This document shows positions 16,082 to 31,156 of a stretch of DNA of 49,335 nucleotides, in pieces. Every line of letters starts with the position of its first letter. Positions within the stretch are counted from its first letter, which is position 1. Position numbers and translations under genes: made by a program. The notes beneath the pieces are model-generated. The model saw only the letters and a program-made list of their open reading frames with translations, was not told the DNA's origin and made no database searches. Source of the stretch: Parasitella parasitica NRRL 2501 (Eukaryota > Fungi > Mucoromycota); NCBI GenBank assembly GCA_025201805.1, contig MU619327.1, positions 44,462 to 93,796 of the forward strand, given 5' to 3'.

Positions 16082-16805
16082 AAGCCAATATCCTTATTTT
16101 CTTCTTTCTTGAAATAAAAAAAAGAAGGGGTGATTTCTCTCTCTCTCTCTCTTTTTAATTTAGAATTTCTTCTTTTCTTTCTTAGCAGTAGTAATAAAAA
16201 AATTCTATAATAAAGAAAGAAAAAATGGCAGTGAAAAAATACAAACTATAATTTCTTGAAACTAACAAAAGAAAGAGAGAAGAATTTGTTTTATTTGCAC
16301 AATATTAACTAATCTATCGCTGGGGACCAAAGAAAACTGGCTTTCAAACCTCATTGCATTTGATGGTTGGTTTACATGTTAGAATGTGTGCGATAACAAA
16401 GCCTCTCAGCTTTTACACAGACAACTTCAAGCGTTTCGAGTGGAGAATAACCGAGGTATACACTTGGCATTCGCTTTTAAAGAAGAATCTAATAAAATTA
16501 GCAAAATAATGAATAGAGTCTGAGGTTACTCAAGTTTATAGGCTATTGCATGTCTCTTTTAATTTGGTGCTGAATATATTCTATTTTGCTACACAATCAA
16601 TCAAATCAAATCAAATCAACATACATTTATAGATATACAATTCCAGACTCTCGAATTTATTCGATACTTCTCGAGCAACATAATACATGATACCCATATC
16701 ATAGCCAGAGAAACATTCTTTAGATATAAAATCGTTCGCCATTCAAAAAGGCTCGCTTTTTTTTTTTTTAAAAAAATACACATCATTCGTTCAAAAATAA
16801 TATAG

Positions 16806-17341
16806 ATGCTTCCTACATTGGTGAAAAAGCAAGCAGCAAAGACCCTTATTGGCAGTGAACCTCGTATATTAAAGTTGAGAAAAGCGCCATTGACTCTGGT
16901 AATAATATCGTATATAATTAACAAAAATGGGCAACAAAGTTTATTAACCAAATCTGCAGACAACAGCTGCGGTATCCCGTTTAAAAGAGCTGTCAAGTGG
17001 AGATCACCCGCAGTTCCTCAGAGTAGGCGTAAAAAGCAAAGGATGTTCTGGTAACTCTTACATGATGGAATTCGCAGAAACCAAGGGTAAATTTGATGAA
17101 ATAGTCAACCAGGAAGGTAAAGTATATTACATACATTTCATCGAGTGCGAGCAAAAATTATTTATGCAGACATGTGATTACTGGATATTTAGGTGTAACA
17201 GTTTTGGTTGATTCAAAGGCGTTATTGACAGTATTGGGATCAGAAATGGATTACGTTGAAGGTAGTCTGTCTTCTCAGTTTGTATTTTATAACCCCAATG
17301 TCAAGGGTACGTGTGGTTGTGGTGAATCGTTTACAGTTTAA
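16806..17341 (+). CDS. ISA1: Mitochondrial iron-sulfur cluster assembly protein Isa1/IscA (3 exons)
   Basis: Spliced protein ...KAPLTLTTAAVSRLK...LRVGVKSKGCSGNSY...DEIVNQEGVTVLVDSKALLTVLGSEMDY...FYNPNVKGTCGCGESF with GCSG and CGCGESF signatures; basic presequence-like N-terminus. Confidence 0.95.
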
Positions 17342-18059
17342 AATCCCTTATTTCCATGTTAATCAACAATTATATACTCTCCTTTAATATAAAGAAATCT
17401 TTACTGGTAAAATGTTTATCTTAAAGGAAAATCATTGTTGTGTTAGATCTTGGAGATAAGTAAACTACTTTTAAACTTCATTGTTTCTTTTTTTTAGGAC
17501 TTTTACAAATTCATATTAAATAAATTGTTCTAGTGCTGGGCAATAGTGTTTTTTGGACAAAATAACATGAGTCCCTTAAAGACGGCATTTGATATTTTAT
17601 TCATGTTTCTCATCACATTGACACAAAACGCGCTTGCTGTAGCTCAGGGGTGCATTTATTAGGAATGGTTTTAATACAAACACATCAACAAACAGTGTGT
17701 TTGTAAACCCTGATCATAACATTAATGGAAGCATGAACTTCTACACATCTAATATCTTGCTGGTATCATTTGCGAACCACTTCTGTTTCTATTTTTCTAA
17801 TAAAAAGTAATGACCTTCTCATTGAAACGCGCATGAACCGTCTGATGCAAATAAATAAAATAGTGCCAAACTGTATGTGCTACTTGATAAATTGCTAGAG
17901 GGATTTGTTACAGCTTAGAAGATTGTTGCCTTTTTTAAACGTAAAGAAAAACAATAACAAATCTTTTCCACCATAAATATTCATGACTATATGTTAAGCA
18001 TCCTTTTCCTTTTTTTTTAGCTTAATAAAAACTATTTCTTGAAATAAAAAGAATAGATA

Positions 18060-19529
18060 ATGGCTTTCTACGGAAACTATAATGATCATTTTAGTGAATA
18101 TGACGATGAGTTAAGTATGGCTGACAGTCAAACTGATCTGTACAGTGGATACAACAACAGATTTCGCCCCCATTATCAAGATGGATCTAGTGTAATAGAT
18201 CGCCCGAGAAAAGCAAGAAAGAGCGGTAAAAGCAGAAGTTTGCTGGGCCGCAGAAGATCGTCTTTTGTCAACCAGGACTATGAGCGTGAGAATAGCAGCG
18301 ATATGGATTACATCTATCAACAGCCACATAATTCAAGATCACAACCATCGTTTACCGGTGGCGATTTAAGAGCATCACCTGATGAATACCAGCACTATTA
18401 CCACGATCAACAACAGCAACAAGCACGACGACGAGACTCTCATCAGTTGAATAATAAACAGGTTAGATGTGGTACAATGAATTGTAAACAAACTTACTAA
18501 AAGGGATACACGCAGCATTACGATTGTCCTATTACTCCAGAAGATGAAAGAGCCACCTATTTATACCGCGATCAGCCATTTGCACCTTCTCAAGAAGAAA
18601 TTGCAACAAGTGATGATTTTTACGTATTATCTGAATCGCAGAATTCAGAAGCCACTCTAGAAGACGACGATGACACGTCTTTCATAGAAGATACAACAAC
18701 CCAGCGAAACACACTGATCAATTCCGAATCCGTTCATACAACTGACAGTCTTTATCAAAAAGAAGCAATCATTCCTTCTGCTGGTAGTACTGGGTCGCCT
18801 CAACAGTCAGCATCTCCTTTTGCACCATATTCATTACAGCAGCGAGAGACAGGTGCTATTACGGATCAGCGTAACAACAACGCAGATGTTGCTAATCCAG
18901 TAGAAAAAAAAAAGTGGTTTAAAAGTATTATAAATACGGCTTTGATTATCAAGAAAAGAGCACAAAAGTTGAAACGAGAAGACCGGAATAATTTACAGCA
19001 GCAGCAGCAGCAGCACGCCATGTATGGAAATGTATCTTCGCCATCTATTCAGGTGATATCGGCTGGCAATAAGGATGTATTGGGCGATGTGTTGGACTCA
19101 AGACAGCAACAAGATCTCATCACACAATTATCCCAATCGTCGTCTCCTGTCTCGGGTTACAATGCAAATTTACTACCGGAAAAAACCAAGATAACAAGTT
19201 TGGATCGCATTTGGGTGTTCCGGCTTCAAGAAGAAACATACAGCGTAACTGACCATAGTAATAACAAAAACATTGCTTGGATTGGATTTGATTTCGAAAA
19301 TCAGCTCAAAATTGAACAGCACATCAAGGAACTCGAAACTAAGCCTGAAGATGGTCGTCTGGCGTTATATGATTCGCATATTCGTCATAAGACAATGCCC
19401 GTCATTGTAACTCCAAATGATTGCAAGGGTTATTATTTTGCAGACCTTCATCAAAATGAATTGGTTACATTGCAGATAACTTTCATCGAAAATGATCATC
19501 AAAAAGTAACCTTTGTGTATAGAATTTGA
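18060..19529 (+). CDS. Hypothetical protein (~470 aa) with low-complexity N-terminus and a C-terminal WWE-like domain
   Basis: Intron 18462-18515 (GT..AG, branch tactaa) joins ORF 18060 to a stop-free frame running through to 19529. C-terminal IWVFRL...AWIGFDFENQLKIE. Confidence 0.8.
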
Positions 19530-20107
19530 ATAAAATGACATATATATTATACCATCTAAATTTTCAAATAATTTTATATAACATAAGCACATTAATAAAA
19601 TATAAGCATAAAACTACTACTACCATCACTACTACTGTGTTTCTTATTGTCGTTGACTTGTAATGATAATGCGTCTGAAATATTGAACATTCACAATGTA
19701 TACTAGTGTATTATATATTATGTCATTTACTAGCTGTGTACATGATATGTGTATATTTCTCCTAATCCTATAACATTTACCTTAAGACTTGTATACATGA
19801 ATTCTCGTACATCAGCAAAAAGAAACATTGCATATACAATTACGGTGTACAAATAACTAATAGTTGGTAAAGAAGTACGTTTGATGATTTGAAAACAAAA
19901 GTGTATTGTTCTCTGTAACTGTAATATTATATAATAATAATAGAGGAGCAAACCATTTCAATTTTGACATTCAAGGCAATTCCCGCCGCTTGATCTATTC
20001 GATGTAAGGTCTGTTCAGAAACGGGTTCCTTTGGTTCCCAATCCATATTCAAAAGGATTTGACGAATCAAAGATAGCATGAGACGAGAAGACGAGAGTTC
20101 CCAGCAA

Positions 20108-20655
20108 AATCACTACAACATCGCAGCTTTTTGCATATTACTCTGGATAAAAACATTGCGCTTATACCAAACTGTACAGAGAAGTAGAGTTAACATAGAC
20201 GAGTACTGAATGGAAGGTTGGTAGTATATGGGCTTGATACACATAAGTTATGACAATTAACGTACATTGCCACACTCAAAAGCACTCAAAATCACTGCTC
20301 TTTGCTAATTACTCTTCACAGAGACATCATCTTTATACGAAAATGTACATAGGCATAGAGGTATTGTCGAAGAGCACGGCATATAAGTTTTGTGCGATAT
20401 GTGCCTGATCCAGGTAAGATATGGCAATCGACGCGCTTTATAACACTCAAATAATACGCTCAAAATTTATTTGCTGATTACTACTTTGGATATAAACATC
20501 ATCCTTGCACGAAACTGCACAGATAAATGGAGGAAATATAAGCAATTGCAGCATAGAAGTTTGGTGGTCCAAGTTAGAGAACATAGTGTTGACTTGTGGC
20601 GCCATCTGTCAAACATATTAGTATGAGGTTTTGAGATTCAAAAAGTTATCTGCTA
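20108..20655. repeat. Degenerate tandem repeat, ~171-172 bp period, 3 copies plus a partial fourth
   Basis: Homologous anchors ttataccaaactgtacaga (20162), ttatacgaaaatgtacata (20333), ttgcacgaaactgcacaga (20505), each preceded by a caaaa..tttgc..attact..acat motif. Confidence 0.65.
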
Positions 20656-20869
20656 CGATAAAGAGCAATATAAAGCCTATTTCATGCTACATGAAAAGAG
20701 CCATGATCATCTTTATCTGAGCATAACTTATTTTTCATTGTGCGATGTGCCTAGTTGGTTTGTAATTTAAACAAAAAAATCTTCTTCCTCACTATTTATC
20801 TCTCCTCATTGTCTCGTAATCCCTCTCTTCGATAACTTACATCTGGAAGAAATAACGTCGTATAGATAC

Positions 20870-21345
20870 ACCGACCATTGTCTCGTCTTGAAAAAATACG
20901 ACAAAATGTATCATGTCATACGAGCGATGGCACTCTCTCATATGCATGACTCCTCCATTCCTTTTTACCACATACAGCAACGTCAAACTTCAAATGTAGA
21001 ATAATGAAGTTGGGATCGTTGCTGGAAACAAGATCTAAGGCAGTAGTGGATTATTTATTTGCTGTTGGTTGCGAGTAGATTTTACTTGATATTGTTGTCT
21101 TGCAAAGTCAAATGTTACTGTAATTTAGTCCGGAGCTCCTGATAAACTCCCAGATGGACATTTTGCTGACAATCAAGATTCAAGTAAACTTGGGCATACT
21201 GTGGAAGTACCTCTTTTTCTGGAGCCATTGATGTCGTACGACGATGAATCGTCCCTTGACCTCAGAATGGATAGGTTACTTCTCTTTCCCTGCAACCCCA
21301 AGGATACAGATTCACATAATGGGGAGTAAATACAAAAGTGTTAGT
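20870..21345 (-). mobile_element. Helitron Rep/Hel N-terminal region remnant (pseudogenised)
   Basis: Minus-strand translation with stops and frameshifts gives TNTFVFTP-HYVNL...TYPF*GQGTIHRRTTSMAPEKEVLPQYAQVY...ELRTKLQ and NGGVMHMRECHRSYDMIHFVVFF. These are colinear with Helitron motifs YNSAFAFTS, FRxQGxIxHRIGSLLP, PxFAQLY and GGLxxISELHxSYDxLQYxLLF. Confidence 0.68.
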
Positions 21346-22932
21346 ATGAAGGCAGACACTTTCACTTGAACGCTACTTCGAAAGGGTTGGCTATCTCGAT
21401 TGAAACCTATTAATAAAAACGAAATGGCTTTGCACAGGTTCTAGACGATCTTTCATCTGTCTACAGCAAACGAAAATATTATTGTTTAAGAGTTTATTTA
21501 GGTATAGCAATGCACCAAGTCAGGGTATACATGATTCATAAGCATTCCTCTATTAGTTGACGACACTCAAACAAATGATCAGTTTCCTTACATTGGGCAT
21601 TGTCAGCAACGCTGTAGTAGAGCAAATTTTAACTGACACAATGCACTTATACAACGTGCCCTCTAATATATAAATTTTTGATTAAAAAGCTTCGTATGTA
21701 CTTGATAGATAATTTTTGCGTGGCCTTGCTAATGGCCTTGCTAATGGCCTTCTTACATTAGCTCTTCTGGATCGTCTTTTCTGTCCACATCGTTGAAGCT
21801 CAGGGGCTTGATATATTAATTGAAAATTCGAGAACATTAGAATATCATAACCTAAGAAATTGAATGATCAGCCGTTTACAAGTTAGAGTCTAGAGATCAA
21901 TTCTGTTTTTAATAATAACTGTACAGATTCGGATAGAATATTGTTATGCCCCTGTGCACTTTCTCTCTCAGTATTGCACATACAGGCCCTAATTCCAAAT
22001 TTGGGTTATAAAAGTATCTTAGGGCTATTGATCAACAAAGATCGATCAACAAAGATCAATTGTGAACAGCCCTTCGTCAGGAATGGTATTCAATACGTTC
22101 ATTATTTTTAGAGAAATTAGTAGCAAATATTGTCAAAATAATCAGAATTTCCACTGAGGTTCCAAAAACCTTTTCCTGACAAGTTCACACTATTGAAGAA
22201 ATACTTCGAAGGGCAATAAAACAAAAAAATAAAAAAGATCATGAAATTTTTAACGATGTCTCCTCAAACAACACACATATGGTAGTAAGCGGCTAAGTTG
22301 GCATGAAATTGTAACAGCTTACAGGTGAATGATAACAATGATGAATGTCATTGTTATAATTAGAGAATCAAATATAATCACAACACACTATCTGTGCAAT
22401 GCCGTCGATGTAAAAGCGGTAGTATTCAAGAGAGCCGTATCTACAGTAAAAGTTCTTTATTCGTTTGAGTTATTATTACGTGAATTCAGACTTGTTTTGC
22501 CGTAATGTAAACTGTGAGCTTATATCTATAGTAAGGTATTTACTCTCCTTAAAGTTTATATTTTACTATAAATGTAGCAGTAATCCATCAAACTACACGA
22601 TTCAATTAATGTAGTGTATAATTCATGGCTTAAAAAGCGTAGTTTTGGCTTGCTTCAAGTAGAAAAAATCTCGAATGAAGAATTATTTTCATCCAACTGA
22701 TGTGTCATCTAACACAAGGCAAAAGCTTTATATTGTTATCATGCAGACACAGCAATAGGTGCGGTACACTGTCCATGTTGAAACAAAGGGAAGCAAAGGA
22801 GAATGTAGTAAAGAAGAGCTACTTGCATGCCGTATTGTTATGATCTCCTTGCATAATAAACTTTGCTCACATTTATAAATAGGCAGCACACTTTTTTTTT
22901 TTTTTTTTTCCCAAATCTTCTTTACTCTCAAA

Positions 22933-23614
22933 ATGATCTTCAAATTACAATCTCTCGTTTGGATATCTATGGTTGCTCTTTTAGCAAGTAACGTACTTGC
23001 TGAAGAATCCAACATCAAAGTGTCTTACTGTGGTATATAGGATTGACAACGCAAACATGGCATGCACTAACTTATAATTGCCATAGGGTCAGATGATGAT
23101 ATTCTGAGCATTCAAGAATTAAGCTTTGAGCCTGAGTTTATTCAACCAGGAGACGACGTTATGATTTATGGTTCAGGATCACTATCAAAAGACATTAGTT
23201 TAGGAACCAAAGTTCAAGTCGTTTTGAAATATGGTGGGACTGACTATTACAGCACTACTATTGATTATTGCTCGTTCGTTCAAAAGAAGGAGATTGATGG
23301 AGATCTTCAATGTCCTGTCCATGAAGGAGATCTTGAGGTAAACATTCAATTCATCGCGCGAAAGAAATCTTGTATCTTTTTTTTCCCTTCATACTAAGGA
23401 TTGTAAATAGGTTGCTCAAAAAGTTACTATTCCTAAGAACATAGCCAAGGTAATCAAATCGAACGATTTATAAACTAATTAATGAAACGCTTTATTAATT
23501 CACCAATATAATACATCTACTTAAATACCGTAGGGAGTTTACACGTTACACCTTCAGGGAACAACAGACGACGGTGAACCCATTGGTTGTGCAGACTTGC
23601 AAGCTACATTTTAG
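22933..23614 (+). CDS. Secreted ML-domain (NPC2 / PG-PI transfer protein-like) lipid-binding protein, 4 exons
   Basis: Signal peptide MIFKLQSLVWISMVALLASNVLA; spliced YCGSDDDILSI...PG...GTKVQVVLKYG...IDYC...LQCPVHEG...VTIPKNIAKGVYTL...PIGC shows the ML-domain cysteine pattern; introns GT-AG. Confidence 0.88.
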
Positions 23615-26070
23615 GGAGATGAAGCCTCAAGTAATTTTTCGTTTTAATTTATAAAAAAAAATATTCCTTAAATCAATAAAGATTAAAGAAAAAGAGAGAA
23701 AGAGGCAGGAAACAGAGTAGTCTGAATTGAGTTACCAGATAACTGGTCTCATGTATTGCACTTCATAGCATTACCACCCACAGGCCATTACAGTAAACAC
23801 ACTCGAACCAACCCATCAGAAACTCTTAAGAGTCCTTCAACGGTACTTACGGTTCAAGGTGATATTCTTTCTGGTAGCACTGCCCCCATTTTCACAGGTT
23901 ATCCAGCAAAGACATTTAGCGGCTTTCCTCAGACCTTCCCACGGGTAGTATTAAAGAACAAAAGCGTCTTTTAGTATGTTTGCCCGTATACATAAGCTTG
24001 TCACCTTCCTCTTTCTGGAGGGAAAAAAAAGAAAAGAAAGGATTGAAGACACCTTTGGGTTATAAATGATGAGCAGAGGGAAAATTTTTTCATATTACTA
24101 TTTTCTAGGTCACATAAACTATGACTGTTGGGACCAAGCGTATAAATTGAAGGAAAAAGTTTGCAAACTCATGGATTGCTCTTTAATTCGATCTTAAATA
24201 ACAAATTCTTGAGAGACATTTGTATTTTTGAAATGACTTTGGTCATTGATTCAAAAGTATAGTCTTTTTGAGTAATAAGAACGAAAAAAAAAGACGGTCG
24301 TATCTATTCGGTGTGTAGCTTAATCTATCTACCATTGAGCTCGAAGGCTAGTCTACATTTAATCATGAATCTATAATTATGAATGAAAAATTTGAGGCTT
24401 GGTAGCCATGCTAGCCATTTGCTGCCCCTGGACGGTCATTTGACGGGGCTTCATTTGGATGATGGCTGACGATGGTCAAAGTGCTTCACATCCGTCATCA
24501 ATCAAAGCTCCTGTTGGTTAGGCGTCTTTTGTCAATGAATAACCGGATGACTAATTTTGCTTGGAGAGAGCCGGTTTCCATGATTTTGTAGCTCAAACAA
24601 CATGAAGCTTAATACTCATTAATTATCGTCAACGTTGCGAGAACATTGAAGACAAACTACCTTTGTCGGAATCAACTATGGGAGGCCTACCCCACGAGAA
24701 CTTATGTATCACTGAATCGCACACTAAATCAAAAGTGAGCTGATGTGTGTTGTATCGTCATCATGTGCTAATGTATACGGATTGTTCTCTCAGCTAATAA
24801 CACCTGTTGTCTAGACATACATATATATTATGTATACATGACATTCATTGGGTTCTTATAACAGCAACACAAAACACAAAACACAAAACAATGACTTATA
24901 CGTATGGCTATTCTATGCAAGTAGTTCACTTCCCCACATCCACTATTTACATCAGAGCGTGTAGAATGAGGCTCGACCACAAAAATAGCACTTTTCACTC
25001 TCACATGTGCCAACATGAGACATCCGCACAAGCATATTCTAAGCTCATTGTTCTTATGCTGTAAAGACCCGTTTATTTTCAAAAATATCAGTGACAATCA
25101 GTCGATATAAACAATGAGTTTCGCCGTTCATTTTAGCGTTAAGTGGTTTACAAAAACAAGCAAAAGATAGTTTTTTTTCGTTTTAAATTAGCGTTTTATT
25201 TGATTCAATTAGAGTAATTTGCTTGTGAGTATGATATTCTTTTAATAATAGGTTTTCTACGTATATCATTCGCAAAGTAATATGAATTAATCAAGCTACG
25301 GCATAATATGATTATACGATCAGGTCGTTAACGGAAAAGTAAAAATCATCAGAATCCCCACAAAACAGATAATGTGAGCCATCTCGATTATACATTGATT
25401 AAATTTTTGTCATATACAGCGAAAAAGCGTCATACAAATAGCACGGATCATCTATATCCATCTCCTTTTGATCACATTGGGTTTCTACGCTCCTCAAACA
25501 TGTTGTGCTTATGTGAAGGTGAGTCATTTCTTATATATAGACATACATTACAGCTTTGAAAACCAGCTCAATGAAAACCCCTTGATAAGATGCATCGTGC
25601 ATAAGATTGTACCAAGATGTTCCATTATTTACATTAAATAGGGTCAAATGTCACTGTTGCATCCGAGGGAGAAAAGGAGAGAAAAACACATGGCATATTT
25701 ATCTATACATAACGCCACAATAAAAGAAATTCCCACAAAATAAAACAAATAATGCAATGAAAGGACAAGGCTAGAGAACGGAGCGTTAGAGAGAATTATT
25801 TATTTAAGTGAGCATATAGAGAGTAGGATCATAAATTTGTGAAAAAAAAAAAAAGCATAATTGGCCAGTAAAGTTGAATAAGGATCATATAACAAGGAGT
25901 ATACTATAAAAATAATAATAATAAAAAAAACATAGGGTTTGGTATGAGTGTATAATGAATCAAAAAAGATGTATGAAAAAAGAGAAGCGTCTCCTCAAAA
26001 AAAAAAAAAGGTATTCTTATTCTAATTGAAGTGGTGAGGTGACAGGTGGATCAGACATGCCATTGCGAGA

Positions 26071-27043
<973 letters not shown>

Positions 27044-30000
27044 TTATATAGTTGGGCTTAACGTAATTGTATGATTCAATTACAAATTGTGCTTATAAAA
27101 TATAAAATATAAAATATAAAGATATTAAAATAGAAGAGAAGAAAGTGAAAAAAGGTAAAAAAGTAAGAGGAAAGAGTGGAGAGCCTTGAAAGTTTTACAT
27201 CATTTTTATATTCGTAATTTGATAAATATCAAGGAGACACCGATTGCTAAGTTGAGAAATTCGGTTTGTGCTACAACGGATGCATTCTTTCTAAATTATT
27301 TTCTTTATGTTCACATTGTCCCTCTTTTTTACTGTTTTTGTAAATCAATCCTTTATTTCGTCAAGTGGATACATGTGTTTTTAGCTTCATATGAATTCTT
27401 AAAGTCTGATAATATATTCTTTTCTAAATTCACTCCCAAGTAATTAAAACTTCCATAAATGTGCTTGAGCATCGTGAAATATCTATTTTGTTGTCAATTT
27501 AAATGTTGGTGTAATAATTGGCTTTGTACATGAAATGAAATCATTCAAGATGTTCAGCATAGGTCATCGCCACGTTTTTTTTATTGTAATACTTTTGTAT
27601 ACATTTACAAAAATTCTCGTTATCACAAATTTTGATTGTTTGTTTTTACGCGGAAATGCACGAGCCAGAAACAGCATACTATATCATCATAAGGAGAGAT
27701 AATCCATCCAGAACACTACGAGTTTATTCACATAAATTACCAACCTTATGGTCGGAGTGTGATACATATTTACCCCTGAACGAATCATGCTCTATACAGT
27801 AACACGATCACTCTTGTTTTCTTTGAGTATCATGTACATATTCTTATAGTTATGCATGAAATCTTGCTAAATGATGATCTATGTGTACTCTGTACGTACG
27901 CACGGTATTAGAAGGAAGCGAAAAAGAGCAATGTTTGACAAATATGATATACAAAAGAAAACAAGTAGCAATACGTTACACATGCCATATAAAGCGCTAT
28001 TTGCGTGTACCCAGCGTTGCTCTACTGATGAGATGGTCATCACATCAAAGAGATGTATACATTCATATAATTTAATTATAGACGCACGGTGATGAGGTTT
28101 CATTTTATCAAAAAAAAAACAACATTCATAAAAGGCAAGCTAAAAAGCGGGTAGTATAAAATGCTTTGGATATTCAGGTACACAACCTGTCAAGCGACGT
28201 ATCATCTTTTTGTCTTGCAATTGGGTGGAAGATCAAATTAGATGGACTTTTTGCTCACAAGCTCAATTCATCTCCCCGCCAAGACCTAAATAAAGATTAT
28301 TCCCGATCAATTATTTGTGTACGCTCTTGAACCCTTTTTTGATAAAAAGGGATCAATTTGTGAGGATGAAACTTTTTTTTTTTTTCCCCTTAAACATTTA
28401 TCCTAATATTCTTTGTTCATACACATAATAACTCATCAATAAGAAGTTAATAATTTTGACTAGTGCGTGGCCCTATTACTTTCATAGTTTTCCAAAATGT
28501 TCGTATGGAGTTACGGAGTCATATCAGATGAGAACCGGGTTGCGAACGAATGATTCTGAGCTTTAAACACACATGGCAACCACAAAAAGGCACCAGGGGA
28601 CCAATCAAATGGTGAATGCCGAGCCAAATTTGACCATTGAGGCAAGATCAAAGAGCACAAAGACGTAATTGAAGAGAAGGCATATGGATTTTCATATTAG
28701 ATTATCTATTATAGAATTCCCTTTTTCGCACATCGCCCTACCAATCATTTGTGGAGCATTTCGTTTAGAATGGACGAGAGATTAGTCGTCTCTGGTGCAT
28801 ATATCAAGCTATCCTCACTAGAATGATAAAAAAAAAAAAAGATGAGGAGGGAGAGAGAAACCTCTATAAATTTGATCAACTTGGCGCTTTTAGTAGCTAA
28901 AACGATGATGTAAAAATGCAAGTAAATTGTCTGCTTAAATGTTTGCTTTTTTTATGGCATTAAACATTGTTAAAATTAGATGCAAAACGTAATTTAATAA
29001 CACTACATAAACGTCATTCCAATCATCAAATTTGAAAACTATTCTAATCGAATATTGTGAAAGTATACATTTAGTCTCACATTGCTTTTAAATGCATAAG
29101 CTGAATTAAAGTTAAATATTAGCAAAGAAAATAAATCTGCCGCTTTGTATTATATATAAATTAAGAGAAACGACGCTATGACTCACAAACGAGCATATAA
29201 CCACACTAAAATAGTAGTTCAAGGATATTTACTTTTGTTACTCAAACGAGACATAATCTGAAAATAGCGCATGATTAGTTCCTCGTGCGTGGTCAACTAC
29301 ACATCGACGATACCAAGAGCATGCTGCTAAATGTTTTGCGTAATGACCTGATTTAAAAATGATAGGGAGCACGATCCTTTAAATTTGGTAGAGAAATGCA
29401 TACTTGTGCCATCTGCGTAACAAGAAATAGACGCTTTAGTCATAATTATCTTTGCTGGTTTTTACTCTCTGAGAGTAAAAGATGGCTGGGCAAATCTTGG
29501 AAAGATAGATTTTTCACCCGATAGGGTTCTCATGGAAGGGACGCCCGACTCCACCAATATTCATGATCATGATAATTTTAATGTAGAAGTTGGTTAGAAA
29601 CTACAATAATCCCCATGGGAGGATTCGTTCTGGGTATGTACGCACAGTATTTCAAATCTTTGAAATATGCCATCTAGCTCTGTGCATGATTACTTTTACG
29701 CTCTCGCAAGTTATCCTTGAATTTATTTGTTTATCTTTTAGCATGTTATCATAAATTCTTCTCAGCTGATTGATTCGAAGGTATCCAAAGAAACTCTGCT
29801 TATGTAGATGTATTCAAATGACTACAGTAATCTTGGTTGCTTTTCACATTGAACAAGAGAAAACGAAAAGGTAGTTTGGGCAAAGATGATATCCTTTTAG
29901 ACTGGTGTCTCACTCACGATTCAACAGAAACGACAAATAATGTAAATCAATGATTTCTGGTCTAACTAGTGATGAAGGCTGAGGATACCCGATCCTATCC

Positions 30001-31125
30001 ATTTCAAGCAACGTTAAGTAGCCTAAATAATAATACACAAGATCTTCGCCTTTATCTTTGAGACGCCTGAACTGTAAAGACATTTAAGACGGATTACTGC
30101 CTATACTTTTAAAATACCAGGCCGAATAGCAACATTGTATCTGACAACTAATTTCGAGATTTTATATATGATCATAGATTCTTTTCACAAGTCTAGTTGT
30201 TACATATGGCTGAAGGATCTATTTAATCGCAAAATGAAAAGTTAATGTCAAAATCGACTTGTTTTTGCGTTTTTCGGCCAAACCGAGCACTAACTATACC
30301 GCGCTCCCAGCGTATTTCCAGGCGGAACCGACGGTGCTATTAAAGTGACATATTTGCAGCAAAGACTATTACGAATCTTCCAATAATCTCTTGAATGGTT
30401 CTAGGGCAAAAATTCAACGTTTTGTATATGCAAAACTATAAGAGGTAATGCGGGACATTGGTTGGACCACTAGGGTCATTTTGAGATAATATGCACCATA
30501 AAAAGGCCACGTTTTTAGGGTGAAAAACGCGATTAATTGCTCTTTGGGCAATTCTGCCCTAAACTTCTCCTCATGGAAAACGGTTGATCATATCTATGGT
30601 CTCAAAAATTACAGAAAAACAAGCAGGCCATAGCTAAAAGTTGAAGACGATTGCTTGAGATCACTCCGCTCACCTGTAGTTGCCTGCAGCGCTCCAAGAT
30701 TGTCCAAATAGTCGAGTTTTTACAGTGATTCGGTATCATTTTTGAAAAGAAAGGGGGCAGTTGGACATGATGTATAAGAACATTCGATAGTTTGATTGTT
30801 AGTTCTAGTCAAGATTGAATCGAGTTTTCTCCCTCTCCTCCTTCCCTCATGGTTACATGACATATGCGTAGCACTAAAACAAGGCTCAAATCCCGAAGCC
30901 GAGGTATTTACAATCACGGCGTCGGTTCCAGACAAAGAAAATGCGCATTATCTTGGGTATCAAGATTTCCATCATGTAACACCCTGTATTTTTTCGCTGG
31001 GATTAGGAGAAGAAGATAATCAATGTATTAGAGAGACGATTTCTATTTCATACAAAGTCTTTAATGAACGAATACTACTTGATATCTAATGATATGTAAA
31101 CTTGGTTTACAGAACTTCCAACCAG

Positions 31126-31156
<31 letters not shown>

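Noticed and set aside
21720-22060. Short direct repeats (tggccttgctaa x2.5; gatcaacaaagatc x2) as an array
   Set aside because: Simple local slippage duplications without spacers; not CRISPR-like.
24390-24720. GC-richer island that might be a structured ncRNA
   Set aside because: Only short imperfect stems; no recognisable tRNA, snRNA or rRNA motifs.
30255-30560. Short inverted matches (gcgtttttc/gaaaaacgc; tagggca/tgcccta) suggesting a MITE
   Set aside because: Repeats are short and not nested as terminal inverted repeats; no target-site duplication seen.
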